A stretch of DNA of 64,000 nucleotides. It comes from Dicyema japonicum. Taxonomy: Eukaryota > Animalia > Dicyemida. This document shows, one piece after another, positions 1 through 13,072 of this stretch. Position 1 is the stretch's first letter. Each line of letters starts with the position of its first letter. The notes under the pieces were generated by a model. The model ran no database searches, was not told the DNA's origin, and saw only the letters and a program-made list of their open reading frames with translations. The translations under genes were made by a program, and so were the position numbers. The DNA lies in assembly GCA_011109175.1 (NCBI GenBank), contig RDEW01000019.1:427570-491569 (forward strand), read 5' to 3'.

Positions 1-2879
1 ACCTCTTACAAACTTTCACCTAATAGTCACTTATTAATCCACCTTTCCACAGACCACTATGAAAAATGTGCCCCAATCTCCCATGTCTAACAATTACGCC
101 TCCTTGTTTGTATGATTCCTACACTAAAATGACCATTGATCTGTTCCAGCACCAGAAATCATCGAGTTTCTCTTTTTGACACCCTTGAAAAAAGGACACT
201 GACATATAATAAAAAATACCTCGACAGGAATTATAGCCGTGCAGAGGTTATGTTCTACTGTCCACTAATCATTTTGCTTTTGAAGACATTGATTCGTTAC
301 AAAGTCGAGTCCTCAATGCCTAACAATCTCATAAAACACTAACATTTGACTGTGGAAGTCATCGCACAGCTATATAGAATGGCCAGTTCATCGATCACAC
401 TTCCACTTCAAAAAACACAAGTCGTGTGCCCGATGAGTCCAAGATTTCCAAAGTTTCACCTATTCAATTAATAAACTCAGTACCTTTTATTATGAAAAAC
501 TCAATGTCTGACTATCCCTCGCGAATTAACTCTAACGTCTTTAAAGAAGTGTTGCGAATACATAAGGGAATATCAGCGAGATAAAGCAACTTGGCCAGCA
601 TGAAGAACACGCTGCAACAAATTTACTATGCAAATATTTATCAAATTTTAATAAATATAATTTTATTTATTTTTAAATTTAAATTAATGGTGATTCTTCT
701 AGGGACTCAGTTGAGAAACACTGCCGTAGAGCCAAGGGAGGTTTTTTGCTTGGGACTGAACATGCACGGACACTTATTACAAAATAGATTTAAAAAGATG
801 TTAAAAATCCACGTATAACCTAAAGAGAAGTTTAGCGTGCTTGAACCCGGTATCAAAGTTTATCTGGCTGATCAGGCGGCTTATATGAGTGAGCAAGGGA
901 GAGCCTAAATTGACAAGATGTCTACAGAAGATTTGGCTCGCGATCATGAGGGGTAACTCCATTAGGAACTAAATGCCTGAAAGGTCATAATGGAGATGTC
1001 TAATAATTGAATGAGACACAGCAGATTCCTTAATGCCACCTAAGATGATGATAAAAATCACAAAAACCTAAAATGTAAAACGGCAGTTTCCTTGGTCCAT
1101 TTTTATATGGAGTGCTTTCAACTATAATGTAGCTAAGAAATACTCCAAAGTATGAGCCCGATCAATATCAGACAGAAAACCTGACGATGCCAATTTATTA
1201 TTTTATTTGTTCTCTGATGGAGTCAAATTTTTGAATAAACAAATACAGAGAAGACAGAATTCCCTTCCTATTTGGTTTTCATACAGTATTTAGCCTGAAC
1301 GACTGCCATAAGGATCTAGCGAACCCAACTGCAAGCTGGACCCTTTTTAAACTGATGGAAGAATGACAAAAATCAACTTAATTTTATGGTCATTATAAGA
1401 CTCATGAATTTTTGTCCGTATATATAAAACAGGAAGACCGATTATTTGAATGAGGCTGCATCCTGAAGCTGAAAGCTATCAAAACAGCACCCCTCTCCAC
1501 ATTTGACCTGATTTAATACATTATGAGAATTTAATGGATCAACAGTTGAAATAACGACCAAGGTTATACTGAAGCAGTGTCTTTTACTCTCCGTTATTAT
1601 CTTAAAATTGACTGAACAAGAGGACTCCCAAAGAACATATTTTAAGATTTTTTCTTTTGATGTTTTATCGTCTTCCAACTGTCTTAAGTACTCCTTGTGG
1701 AACTTTGATTTTCATTATTGGGATGTACCATGCGGTTACTTGATTAAAGATTCTCTTTTTTCTAGTATCCACCAAACACTTCATCAGATCAACTTAACAC
1801 AGGAGACGCCCAATAGTCGTGCGAGAGTCAAAAAGGACCCATCTTTTCATTTCAAAAAAAGACTATTCCGTTATTCATTATGTTTTGAATCTATAGTTTG
1901 TCGAAAGAATTTAGGGAGGCAGAATTGGACCAACAAAGACTTGCATTGGATCAAATAATCAGTTTAACGATAAATAAACTAATGAAGAGTATCAGTTTAT
2001 TAGCACCAATCACACGTTCCTTAAATCGATACTTTCTCAAGTTAAATGAGAACCTGGCAATTTGAACTTGAAGACTTTGAACATCCGACATTTTTTAGTT
2101 CAAAACTTATTGTATCTAAGTCTTCAGAGACCACAATTTAAGCGATGAGACCTTCACACGTCATGAGATACATATTCATATCCTGTTATTAAGTTAAGTC
2201 ACCACCAATACACTTTCACAATGGAACTGTCATGCAAAAGCGTTGCAACCTGACAAATAGAAAGCAGTGTACCTTCCATTACTGTCCTTCTTATAGTCCA
2301 TCTAATCGTTTCCCCCTCTGAGACAACTCCAAATCAATGTCTCCGTAGAATGATCCGTGGTTGTCAGGCAACATTGGTAAAAACTTAACTACCAGACTAA
2401 AAATCACCGAATTTAAATATGGAAGCAAATATAACAAAAACATAAAAAACTAATCGTCATTTAACAAAAACTCCAGATTCTCAATACAATTTTCAAGGTC
2501 CCTTATATTATCATTATTATCGATGAGTTCAAGCGACAATGACAACCTGAGAGGATCTTTTCACCAACTCATTTACTTCATTGTCAGAAGGGTTGCATTC
2601 TCTTGTATATTTGTCGCCTTCTTTATCACACGGGAGCGTCACGTGGTGGGGATCTTAAAAATTGACGAAATTAAGTCCTTGAGTGAGACAGAATGGTACA
2701 AATGATCGAAAAATAAAGCCGTCCGTAGACTCAATAGATTTGTTGTAGGCATTCTCGATAAAGTCAGTCCAGTCCTTCTCGGATATGGTCTTATTCGGTT
2801 ACTTAGTAAGTACCTCGTTTCTAACTGGGAGTAAGTTATTTTTAAGGTTATCGAGTTCTTCCATCGTTATTTTAACAAC

Positions 2880-4626
2880 TATGAGGGGAAGGGCTGAGGC
2901 TACAAAAATTGATATGAAGAATCCCTTTTTTTGGAAATGCTATCAGAAGATAATGTGTCCGAAGTCGGGTCCAGAAAAAATTATACTGGATAAACCAGAC
3001 GGGGGAGTATGCATAACGAAGGAAACACCTTCGATATTCAGGAATCAGCTCCAAAAAATTCAGGGTGTGGATCCGTGGAGTTTGATCCCTGATGACAAAA
3101 AAAGGTGTCTGCCGATATATTTGAACACTCCGACAAGAACTACCTATTGCTGATAGCTCTGTCAGCAACTTTGAAGTGATGACAGCTATCAGGGAATGCA
3201 AGGTCAATGCTCCAGGATATGGCCACATATCAATGAAACTTATCAAAGAGGGTCCGGATAGTTTGTTTGACTATCTGCGATGTTTTTATGATGGGTGTTT
3301 GCGACTTGGCCACTTGCCTTTAATATGGAAGATAGCTGTTGTGAGGATGATTCCAAAACCAGGGAAGCCAAAGAGAGATCCGACAAGCTACAGACAATTA
3401 GCTTAATATGTTCTTTCGCGAAAGTGATTGAACGTATCATTTTCAAAAGGCTAAGTAGACATATAGAAGAAAACAACATTCTGATTCCGGAGCAATGTGG
3501 TTTTCGTCCCGGAAGAGGCTGTACAGACTGTTTCTTTCTACTGAATTCTGAAATCATAAAAGCAAAGGATTCCAAGAGACAAATAAACTTATTATGTCTT
3601 GATATCTCGAAAACATTCGACAGTGTATGCCATGAAGCGTTGTTAAAGCAGCTTGTATCAGCATATGTTCCAAGATACCTATTTGTTTGGCTAAGAAATT
3701 ATCTTTAGGAAAGACAATCTTTTGTGAAGGTGTGTGGATATATATCTGATGCAATATCATTCAAAAGAGGAGTCCCTCAAGGTTCAGTATTGAGCCCTAT
3801 TTTGTTTAATATATTTATGGCGAGTTTTCCACGTCCGAGGAATATTAATACTAGTCTTTTTATTTATGCAGATGACGTAATCGTGGTGGACACATCTCTA
3901 AAATCTTCTATATCCGAAGGAAGAATCCGGGAGTATGTCGACCAGATTGAGCTTTGGTGCAACTTGAGAGGGCTAAAGGTCTCTGCTGAAAAATCTTGCG
4001 CACTCCGAATAAGCAGTTAGAAAAAGCACCTGAAACAAGAATACACACTGTGAGTAAACAATTCACACAGTCTGCGCTACCTGGGGGTCGACTATGGACA
4101 CGCAGGAGATTACATGGACAACATAAAGGAGAGGAGAAAGAGAGCCTTTCAGTCGCTCTTATGTACACGGAAGTTACACGTTATCCGTGACACTTACCTG
4201 TTTATCTTCAAGGGAGTTATTCTCCCTAGCCTACTTTATGGGTGCGAGGGGTGGTTCTTCTCTCCGAAAAGGGACAAGATCTTATCCCTCCTAGAGAAGA
4301 CTAGAAGAGCTGCAATTAAGCTCTCCTTAAAAAAGAAACTGAAAGACTGTCTAAACGAGGACGAAAACAAGCTCCTGGAACCGATTAGCAAGATTGTGGA
4401 GGATCGGATCAATGGTTTCAGGAGGAGATCAAAGGTCCAGGACACATACATAAAGCTGTGAAAATAAAGATTAAAAAGCTGGGAGAAACGTTCAGAAAAA
4501 GATTAATAATAAAAAAAGGAGGAAGGGTCCAGGTGTAGAGTCCAAGCCTTATGGTAGGACTCAGATGTAATACCCTACAGAAATCTCCTTAACTCTTTTG
4601 TCAATAAATCGTTGTTGTTGTTGTTG
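2880..4626 (+). mobile_element. APE-type non-LTR retrotransposon (Jockey/I-group-like), RT region to 3' end, disrupted by stops and frameshifts
   Basis: Stitched frames give NAPGYGHI..WKIAVVRMIPKPGK..SYRQ/ISLICSFAKVIERI, QCGFRPGRGC, LDISKTFDSV, GVPQGSVLSPILFNIF, IYADD, YLGV, ILPSLLYGCEGW. ORF ends at 4461, followed by AATAAA (4603-4608) and a (GTT)5 tail (4611-4625). Confidence 0.93.
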
Positions 4627-4756
4627 CACTAGTTTGGTCAAATTATATATATTAATTTGATAAATTAAATCAAAAATTTTTTTTTGATTTTTTTCCAAGT
4701 CCACTAGTGTAACGCGTAGCGCTCGGTAAAGCGTTGCGCCTGTGACATTATACAAC

Positions 4757-5900
4757 ATCGTCTAATGCCAAATGCCGAAATGATTCTACCGGATGTCCAA
4801 GCAGGATTCAGGAAGGGACGAGGCACACGTGACTTGACTATCGGAAAGCTTTTGATTCCGTTATACATGACAAGCTGTGGTCCGCTTTAAAAGAATTTGG
4901 ATTCGATGCCCATCTGATATTGCTTATCAAATCTCTTTATAAGGATCAAGAATCTACTATTAGAACAGTGTATGGAGATACCGATTGGTTTAAAATTAGT
5001 AAAAGAGTAAGACAAGGATGCTTATTATCTCCCATCCTATTCAATATTTATGCCGAAATGATCATGGCTAAATTGGATACTGTATCAAATAATGGGATTA
5101 AAATTGGAGGCAGCAACATCAATAATTTGCGCTATGTTATCGATACAACCTTACTGGCTGAAACAGAGAATGGCCTCAGGCAGTTGATTCTAAAATTCAG
5201 AGAATAGAGCGTCGTCTTTGGTTTATTGCTAAATATCAAGAAGAACAAAATTATGACTACTGCTATTAATGGAACTAAAAATTGGGAATAAGAAACAAGA
5301 GATTTGAGATAATTTTGTCTTTCTGGGATGTCTAATTAATCGGAATAATGACGGAGGCTTGTAAATCAAGAAAAGAATTGCCATGGGACGAGAAACCTTC
5401 CAGAGAATGAATAGAATTTGGAAAAGCAAAGATATTTGCTTAAGGACCAAATGCAGACTGGTTAATATAATTGTGTTCCTGGTTTTTCTATTCTGCGCAG
5501 AATCATGGATATGAAAAAGGTGGATAGACGAAAAATTGATGCTTTTGAGCTGTGGTACTGGAGGAGGTTACTAAGAATCCATTGACTTTTAAATTAACAA
5601 ACATCGATGTACTCAAACGGGTGGAAACGGACATTTCGCTAGAAGGAAGAATCGTAAAACACAGATTGGCGTTTATTGGGCATGTTGTCCGCTCTGATTC
5701 CCTTGAATGAACCATTATGCAGAGCAATATCACTCGGAAGAAAAGACCTGGCCGACCAAAGACTTGATAGCTATCCACGGTGGAGGAGGTCACGGGAATT
5801 CCTATATCAAGGCTACTCCAAATTGCAACGGATCGGGAGAGTTGAGGAAACTCGTTCATGCAATTTCCAAGGACACGACTTAACTAAACAACACAAAATA
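4757..5900 (+). mobile_element. RTE-clade LINE, 5'-truncated and internally deleted, with 3' end
   Basis: QAGFRKGRGTRD, DYRKAFDSV, VRQGCLLSPILFNIYAE, IKIGGSNINNLRY(V)IDT, WYWRRLLRI, FIGHVVR; ends in GGACACGACTTAACTAAACAAC, typical of RTE 3' ends. Confidence 0.9.
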
Positions 5901-5904
5901 TAAT

Positions 5905-6100
5905 CATTATTTCAGAGTTGCTACCATCCATGTGGACCATAGTTCCAGGTATACCCATGTTCCTGAATTGCATAGCAATATTGGCATAACAAACATGTCG
6001 TATTGTCGAAAACGAAGTTTCAGTGAAGTGATTATAATTATGTCCTGACTAAGAAATTGTGATTTTAAGATGTACCTCTGTTTTTTTAGCACTAATTCAT
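5905..6100 (-). mobile_element. RTE-like RT C-terminal fragment
   Basis: SLKLRFRQYDMFVMPILLCNSGTW resembles the RTE 'LYNxxVxPILLYxSxTW' thumb motif. Confidence 0.55.
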
Positions 6101-6295
6101 GTTTTTCTTTACAAAAAGCCGTAGTTTTTGTTACCGTGCAAAATATAAGACTTTTCTTCGTCTAAATAAATTTTTAATAAAGTTTCTTAACATGAGGTAT
6201 GTCAAGTGGAGTAATGTCCATCTGTCAAGATTATTAATGATTTTCTTTATTTTCTTTAATTTTTCTTGAGTCAATCGCACTAGAAAAATTTATTT

Positions 6296-6700
6296 TTAAT
6301 TAAGCATTTCACGAGAGCCATGTACAGTAAAAACAATGTTAGATGTCTTCCTTTTCCATGCTCCTCTGTTTTTAGCCAAAGCTCTCATAGTGTCAAGGTT
6401 GTCGGCAGTTTTTAAATTTCTTTTAATTTTAACCAGGTTTTTTTTTTGTAAAACTGTTAGCATTGTTGTACTTGGTCTTCGACGATAGCGGCCTTCTTGA
6501 CTATCATAGTATGTTTCCATAGATTTGTTAGGTGGGGATGTTAATTCCATCCTCAGCACGTGTCCGAAAAGCTTCCTTCTGGATTCCAGTAATTCTAAAC
6601 TGATAGGTATAGTGCTACATCTCTTAAATAATGCATTTCTCTATTTCTCGTGGGCCAAGTAGTTCCTGTTTTTTTCTCAGCTGAACTTTGTGGAACAAGT
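6296..6700 (-). mobile_element. RTE-like LINE 3' fragment, (TAA)n-tailed family
   Basis: FGHVLRMEL..GRYRRRPSTT..AKNRGAWKR; terminal ATGGCTCTCGTGAAATGCT is shared with the copies at 21335 and 39075. Confidence 0.8.
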
Positions 6701-6706
6701 CTAGTT

Positions 6707-9265
6707 TTATGATCCTCGGTGTCATAAACTGGATTCCAGCCAAATTTGTTGGAGAGTATTTTTAACATGTGAACGCCGCAGCAATGTTTCGACCTTTAGC
6801 GAATGGGAATATCGTTATCCCTTCGGGGTGTTGCCATCGCAAAGAAGAAACATTTTTTAATGTCAAGTTGTTACCTCATGTCGGGACCAGCTATAAATTT
6901 GCTTAAAGGATGATAACCATCGATTCAGTGTCCACAGATGCATTTTCATTAACACAAAATTAAGGTCAAAACGGATCGAGGCAGCTATTCTCACTGCCTC
7001 GTTGTCAGAAGGTTGCTAATTTTACCACATTGATAAACATTCAAACAAGCATTTGTTAATTAATTTCTAGTCGTTTTGAAGCAAACCTCCAGTATCATAT
7101 TGCTCTCAATTAACTCTTTATTTTTCAAACATATCTTAATGTGATTTCATATTAATTCGGTCATTTAGCTCATAGAAAATGTCATCCTAATCGTCCACAG
7201 ATCCAGAAATAAGAGAAGTGGGAAAGTCAGAATAAACCAATGGCATCCACATTTAGTTGCGAATAATATTAAGGATACTAATAGCATCTATAGTCATCAA
7301 ATGTATAATTAAACTTACATTAACGATTGACCTAATTTTACGGTCAAAGAGAAATATGACCTATTTTTACTTTCAAGTAAAAAGATCATCGGAGATTAAA
7401 AATCTTTTAGTCCTGATAGATCAATGTGTAGCCAAAATTGCACAAAAAATTATTTTGTCGTCAAACGATTACCTGATTCGATTTTTTAATATTTCACATA
7501 AAATCAAATCGAGAGAGCGAATGTTGGTCATTTGTTACTTAGAACAATATCATTATTTGATTCTAAAGAAGGCAAAAAAATCTCCCATTATGCACAGACT
7601 AACTAGTTCATACAGCTTTGTATTAACTTCACGTCTAATCCTGTAAAATTAGACCAATTAAATTACTTACAGTACTCTTGTCTGAAAAAAAATAATTTCA
7701 TTTACCCTGCAGTACTCTTGTCTAAAAAGAATTAGATATCATCATACTTCTAAACCAAAATCGAGGTCATCCGCATATCTTAATTCCTAGATAAAAGTAG
7801 GACAATTTTTAGCTCTCAGATTACGAAGAGCAGCTTCCAGATAGACAACAAAAGGATTGGTTATTGTGAGTCAACTTCTGAAGTGTCAATTTGCGTAGCC
7901 TCTCTTCAGATTCACTTAAAATTTGATTTTTGCGCTAATTGACATGTAATTAAACATTATTCAAAATGTATTAAACTTTTTGACACAATTTTTAAATTTT
8001 GATAAAGTTACTAAACATTAAGGCAAAGTTATTCGACATTTTAGACAAATTTATTAAATTTTATGGTAAAATTATTAAACAAATCGGAAAACCATGTAAA
8101 TTGTGTGAATTTAATTAAATTATTTTTTAATTTTATTTTTTTAATCCATTTATTTAATAAAATTATAATTAATTATGACGACTGTATTTCATGTAGTAAT
8201 TTTTATTTCTTGTGGTTATCGTATATTCATTATTTTGGTATTTAATCTATAGATGTTCTTTTCTCGTGTTAAACTTGTCATTCGATATTTTGACATCACA
8301 GAATTTATGCAAAAACGATTCAATAAGAAAAGGAGCTCTGTATTAAATATAAATTATTAAGATATTGGATTAATTGTACATATTCGATAACTGGCCTACC
8401 TGAATTTTATGTAGCTGTATTAATTGTTCAAAATATTGAATTTGAACCTGATGTCATTTTTCATTATTGGGAATGATGTTAGATGCTTGTAATTATTATT
8501 AAATATTCATAGTCATTGTGGTTATTATGATCAAAGTTTAAAAACTGTAGATAACAAAACATTCCCACCCACCATTAAGGACATGTTATATATATTTTTT
8601 AAATTTATAGAGATTTTATTCTGTATTCCCTCAATTCATATCGATCGAATTTGCGGAAAATTTATCAATGCTTTTCGAAATGTAGTTTTTTTGTAATTAA
8701 TCTAGATTTTTCCTCTAGGAATAAATGTTATTCAAGTTTTTAAACTTATTCCAATTTGTTTTTTTAAATGAGTATTTTTAATATAATATAGTGTTATCGT
8801 TTGCATCGATTCATTCGATAATCTAGATGCGTATGATATTATATTTAGTATAGATATGAAAGAATAACTAATAGACAATTAGCTATCATAGATAATAAAT
8901 TGTATATGTTAGAAAATAATATATTTAGAAAAACGGCAGGCCGACAAGTGAATATTTCAGTCTAATTAATCTGCAGTTCCATTAAAAACAAGTATAATGT
9001 ACTTGGAATTGAGGAGTTCAATTAAACATTTAACTAACTTAATCGTTCATTTTTCTGGAATATAAAATTGGTGTTAATTAATTCAAATTTATTATGATTT
9101 AATTATTATCCTGGTTGGATAACAGAATCACACAGCTATACTTTGTCTCTAAAAGAATAATTTCACTTAAACGATTACAGAAGGAATCGACTCTGATAGG
9201 TGTTAAAGAACGGACGGTTTTTTTCAGATTTATGCAGAACAGCGTATGCATTATCTAATTAATCA
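6707..9265 (-). pseudogene. Degenerate intronless LRR-like gene, copy 1 of a ~2.55 kb direct duplication (probable ATG at 9029)
   Basis: Collinear with 33094-35680 along its whole length (about 80% identity by eye). N-terminal TPQ-PSTLYLF and NIISYAS..NESMQT are conserved between copies; many stops and frameshifts. Confidence 0.65.
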
Positions 9266-9578
9266 TATAAGGAATTAAACAACTAGCTTTACTCACACAC
9301 GATTACTCTCAATGAAGAGGAATATTTTCAAACAGTTGTGAACGATGATGGGAGTATTGACTAAATAAGGAGCACTGTCATTTTACTGCGAATACTGCAA
9401 TATAAACCAAAATGGTGACATATAATGAAACATTTAGACCAAGTGGGTTAATACAACTCTCTTTGAAAGACTCCGAAACTGATCAAAACACTCCATGAAG
9501 ACGAGACGTTTATCTTCCCTACCCATAAAAACACAGTAAAACGAAGCACAAAATTAATAAAAAAACCCATACCCCCTT

Positions 9579-9716
9579 NNNNNNNNNNNNNNNNNNNNNN
9601 NNNNNNNNNNNNNNNNNNNNNNNNNNNNNNNNNNNNNNNNNNNNNNNNNNNNNNNNNNNNNNNNNNNNNNNNNNNNNNNNNNNNNNNNNNNNNNNNNNNN
9701 NNNNNNNNNNNNNNNN
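9579..9716. other. Assembly gap (N run)
   Basis: Continuous N bases. Confidence 1.
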
Positions 9717-10084
9717 CACAACATCTACGCTACGAGCTCCAGCATCATTGAAGGTCCTTCTTACACGAACCTGGATCAAATCGTAACTAAAGCGGAGTTC
9801 AGCATGCATTTCAGCGGGGAGGTTCTCAGAGAAATAATCTTTGAGAAATTATTTTGAATAATCAACTCCAGGTTGTTTTTCAATCAAATCTTTGAAATCT
9901 AGTATAAAAAAGACACTCCTTGCGGCTAGGCTTGACAAGTGACGCCGTCATCAGTGGAGATTTACTCTGGAACTGTTAGTCAAAAGGACATACACACAAG
10001 AAAAAGAAAAAGCAAAGTAAGAGCATTCCTTAGATCTCCCTTTACTAATAGTTATAATAACTATTCTATACTTAAATAAAGTGT

Positions 10085-10155
10085 GTGTTTTGCACGAGCG
10101 AAACCCTAGGCATCTTACGTGCTTATGGAAACGCGGTAGTGTTAATTATTATTGC
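10085..10155 (+). repeat. Short dispersed repeat, probable LINE 3' tip; second copy at 61060-61140
   Basis: AAACCCTA..CAT.T..TGCTTATGGAA..C.CG..AGTG followed by an (A/T)-rich tail in both copies. Confidence 0.55.
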
Positions 10156-12387
10156 GGCTAGTCACGAAGGAAGCTTTATTTATACATTCTACCTAACATA
10201 GTTTCACTAGTGATTGTGCTATTTTTATCTAAAGTGTTGTTATAACAAAGTGGCCATTTTATATTTGGATTTTATTTGAGGTTACTAATTTTTCTACACT
10301 TTTCTCTATTAAAATAGCAAAAACCATGTTCATGCCTCAAATAATGCAAGTTTCCAAATAAAAAAAGAGAAACCTTAGGTTTAGAGAAGAATCGGCTTGT
10401 GGAAAAATAACCTTAGGGAAGACTTTATTGTACCAAAATGAACCTAATAGTAGGAATATTGTATTTGAAGGGGAGGCCATGATGCGTACAACATGGAAAA
10501 AATGCAAATCATTTTAAAATACTGCTATGACGCATGCTACTAGGAGAAACATGAAAATCTTCGTTCTCATAGATTGTCAATCCCGACATTGTAGACGAAC
10601 GTTGTGCTAATTCATGACATTCAAGTAGGTGATTCGTTGTCAACACGTAGAGGTTCTTTGCAGTCGCTTATGAGTTGAATGCGTTCTGGGCCTGTTGGAA
10701 CTGATTTTGGCTGACGATTGCTTAGAATTCCTACTGACAAAGCGAATTTGGGTTGATTGATGGGAAACATAGGTTATTCGATTTCCTTTAAAGTCTGTGT
10801 CACGTTGCTTCCGCGCTGTTTAGATTTTTGTCGAGTCTTCCTATAATGTCATAAAGATGTGAAAGGGCAGTCAAGAGACCACGTTGGTGGGTTCTTGGTT
10901 TTGACATGTTATATTATCGTTAAAATGTGATTTGGAAATTAATTCGACGATATGAGTCATAAAAGCCAAAAACTCTAATGCTTGATGAAAGTTAATATTG
11001 TTTACGGTCGGTTGATCGTGAAACGCCTTATGATTTCTGCCGAAAAGTTGATATGTACTTTATTCACCTCAGACCGGTAACAAGGACTTTCTCACTTCTT
11101 GGATTAATGTACTACAGACTGTTGAATTTCTACTCCCATTCGAAGCAAATCTTCACCAAAGGCCACCAGAAGAATAATTCCTCCGCGTCTGTGATGAAGA
11201 TAGAAACCCAGTTCGCCTGTCTATATCAAAGGCAAAAAACTGATTTGTACAAAAATTCCTTACTCCAATCCGATTCCTCTTCATGAATGAGAAAAGGCTC
11301 TTTCATGCAGTAGTAGAGACGATGGAAGACCACATGGTTTGGATGGTTCATTTGATTGCGGAACTGCGATCACTAAAATATACTTTCGTGTTTTAAAACT
11401 ATTCTATAATGGCCAGACATCTCAACGTAGATATGCTGGAAAACTAACGGGTTTACAATGCCGTGGATTCCTTGTTCTTGCAGAACCGGAGTAACCCGCA
11501 GCCATTCCTTCGTATTGACGGCTACGACAGTTGAGTTACAAGAGTAGAATCTGTTTGACTCAGTATAAAAGCTTAGTCCTTTCTCGTATGGAGGTAATTT
11601 TGTCTAGGAACGACGCTAAGATTACGTACTTACATAAAGCAAAGGGATCTTAGAATGTGATTTTTCACATATGTTAGCATATTGTCATGCGGTTCTCCTA
11701 ATTTGGGGGCACTCGGTGCCAATGGGCATGAAGAAAAACTATTCTCTTTGGCAAACAATTTTTGGATGTCAGCCGAAAATTGGATTGAAAAATTTTTCAA
11801 AAAAGGATTTTTTTCACTCCAAGTTAACCTAATAAACAAGACGTCAGAATTTTGTATTGGGCACCTCAATTGCCGGATTTAAAACCAACTGTATTCTAAA
11901 AAGGAATTGAAAAAAAATCCATGCAAAAATCTTATTGAAGTGAACAGCAACATTATAGATTATTGGTAAAAGAAATTGGGAACAATTGCCCGCAAATTGT
12001 CTTCTATTCTTTTAAATTTGTCTGGACGTCCTCAAAGTGGACGAGAGAGTGAGAAAGCGTATATGCAGACACTCATGCTGTGAATTCTTTAGAGAGCATA
12101 GAAGTTAAGCCGAGAAACAGATTATTGATTTAGAAAAGCCTCAGCGAATATCTACGGAAAAACTTGATCAAGGCATCTTTCTTTAAGACCGATCGGTATT
12201 CCTCTGCATAAGCAATTTTTATTTTAAGTGAGTTTCCTGCTTCTTCGCAGAAACCACTGAAAAACACGTGGATGCCTATCTTATTGTTTCCGTATTACAG
12301 TAACGTAAAATGCTAATATAAACAATCACAGCAATAATAGTAAAAATTGTGACAGTTTTGATTCAACTTCCGTAGTCATGCCTCCCC

Positions 12388-12660
12388 TCACTTTATTCTC
12401 AACTTCCATAGTTTAATCGATCCTTCAACGTCTAAAGTAGCTACTTGATCTCTAATTTTTATTACAATTAAAAAACAAATATGAGGACACCTTGACGAAT
12501 GAAATGGGACGTCTATGCGTAAGAGTTTCGCAAGAATCAGGAGAGCTTCTCCAAATGAGAAAAGTACAACTGATCCATTGCTTAAGCGCGGTATGCTCAA
12601 ATATGTTTCAATGGTAACAATCTCTCTCAAGTCGACAAGTTAGACATGGTCATAGTGCCT
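12388..12660 (-). pseudogene. WD40 protein C-terminal relic, dynein intermediate chain (WDR34/DYNC2I2)-like
   Basis: GSVVLFSF...IDVPFHSSR|DQVATLDVEGSIKLWKL-stop matches the end of a WD40 blade once a 39-nt AT-rich GT-AG intron (12452-12490) is removed; an in-frame stop lies upstream. Confidence 0.45.
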
Positions 12661-13072
12661 TAAAAACTAAAAAATTATTTTATGGAGGTTACATAATCTA
12701 AATTTACCACGTGAACAGGTTGAAACGAAAAATGGATTAATTCTACAATGAAGTTACTAATGTGATTCGAATTTTTACTTTTGTCTATCCTCCAATCTTC
12801 TCTAAAATTGATAAATATCTCAACTATCAATGGAAGATTTGAAATCCCAGCTTATCCTCATTATGTCCCCAAATGAGGTCCTACACAACAGTTCATAATC
12901 AAAATAGATCATGCGTGTGAGATCGCAGTTTATGTACTGTCCAATATCAATTCTATAAAATTTTTACTAAAATGGAAAATTTAGATAAAAAAGTTAATTC
13001 TCAGTCAAGTAGACAGGCCATAAAATGATGATTAAATCTTCATTAAGTCACCTAACGTGAATTTAACAAATA

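Noticed and set aside
1-2000. Possible gypsy RT/protease remnants on the minus strand (KDGSF, IEFFIIKG)
   Set aside because: Fragments are too short and stop-riddled to assign.
2340-2460. GNIGKNLTTRLK, resembling a Penelope GIY-YIG motif
   Set aside because: Single short motif without the GIY or YIG residues or a Penelope-type RT.
2520-2880. Nearly open ~120-codon minus frame
   Set aside because: No recognisable motif; may be antisense of the LINE's upstream region.
7257-7646. 129-aa plus-strand ORF, and other antisense ORFs such as 2872-3246, 3243-3575 and 57157-57585
   Set aside because: Shadow frames opposite the LRR-like pseudogene or RT/APE coding sequence.
10062-10215. Helitron-like 5' end (TCTATACTTAAATAAAGTGTGTG) with nearby CTAGT
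   Set aside because: No convincing subterminal hairpin; the segment matches 61060-61140 and looks like a LINE 3' tip.
10600-11600. Possible Helitron Rep remnant (YYRLL..KIET..DLYK)
   Set aside because: Similarity is too weak and the flanking HUH motifs were not found.
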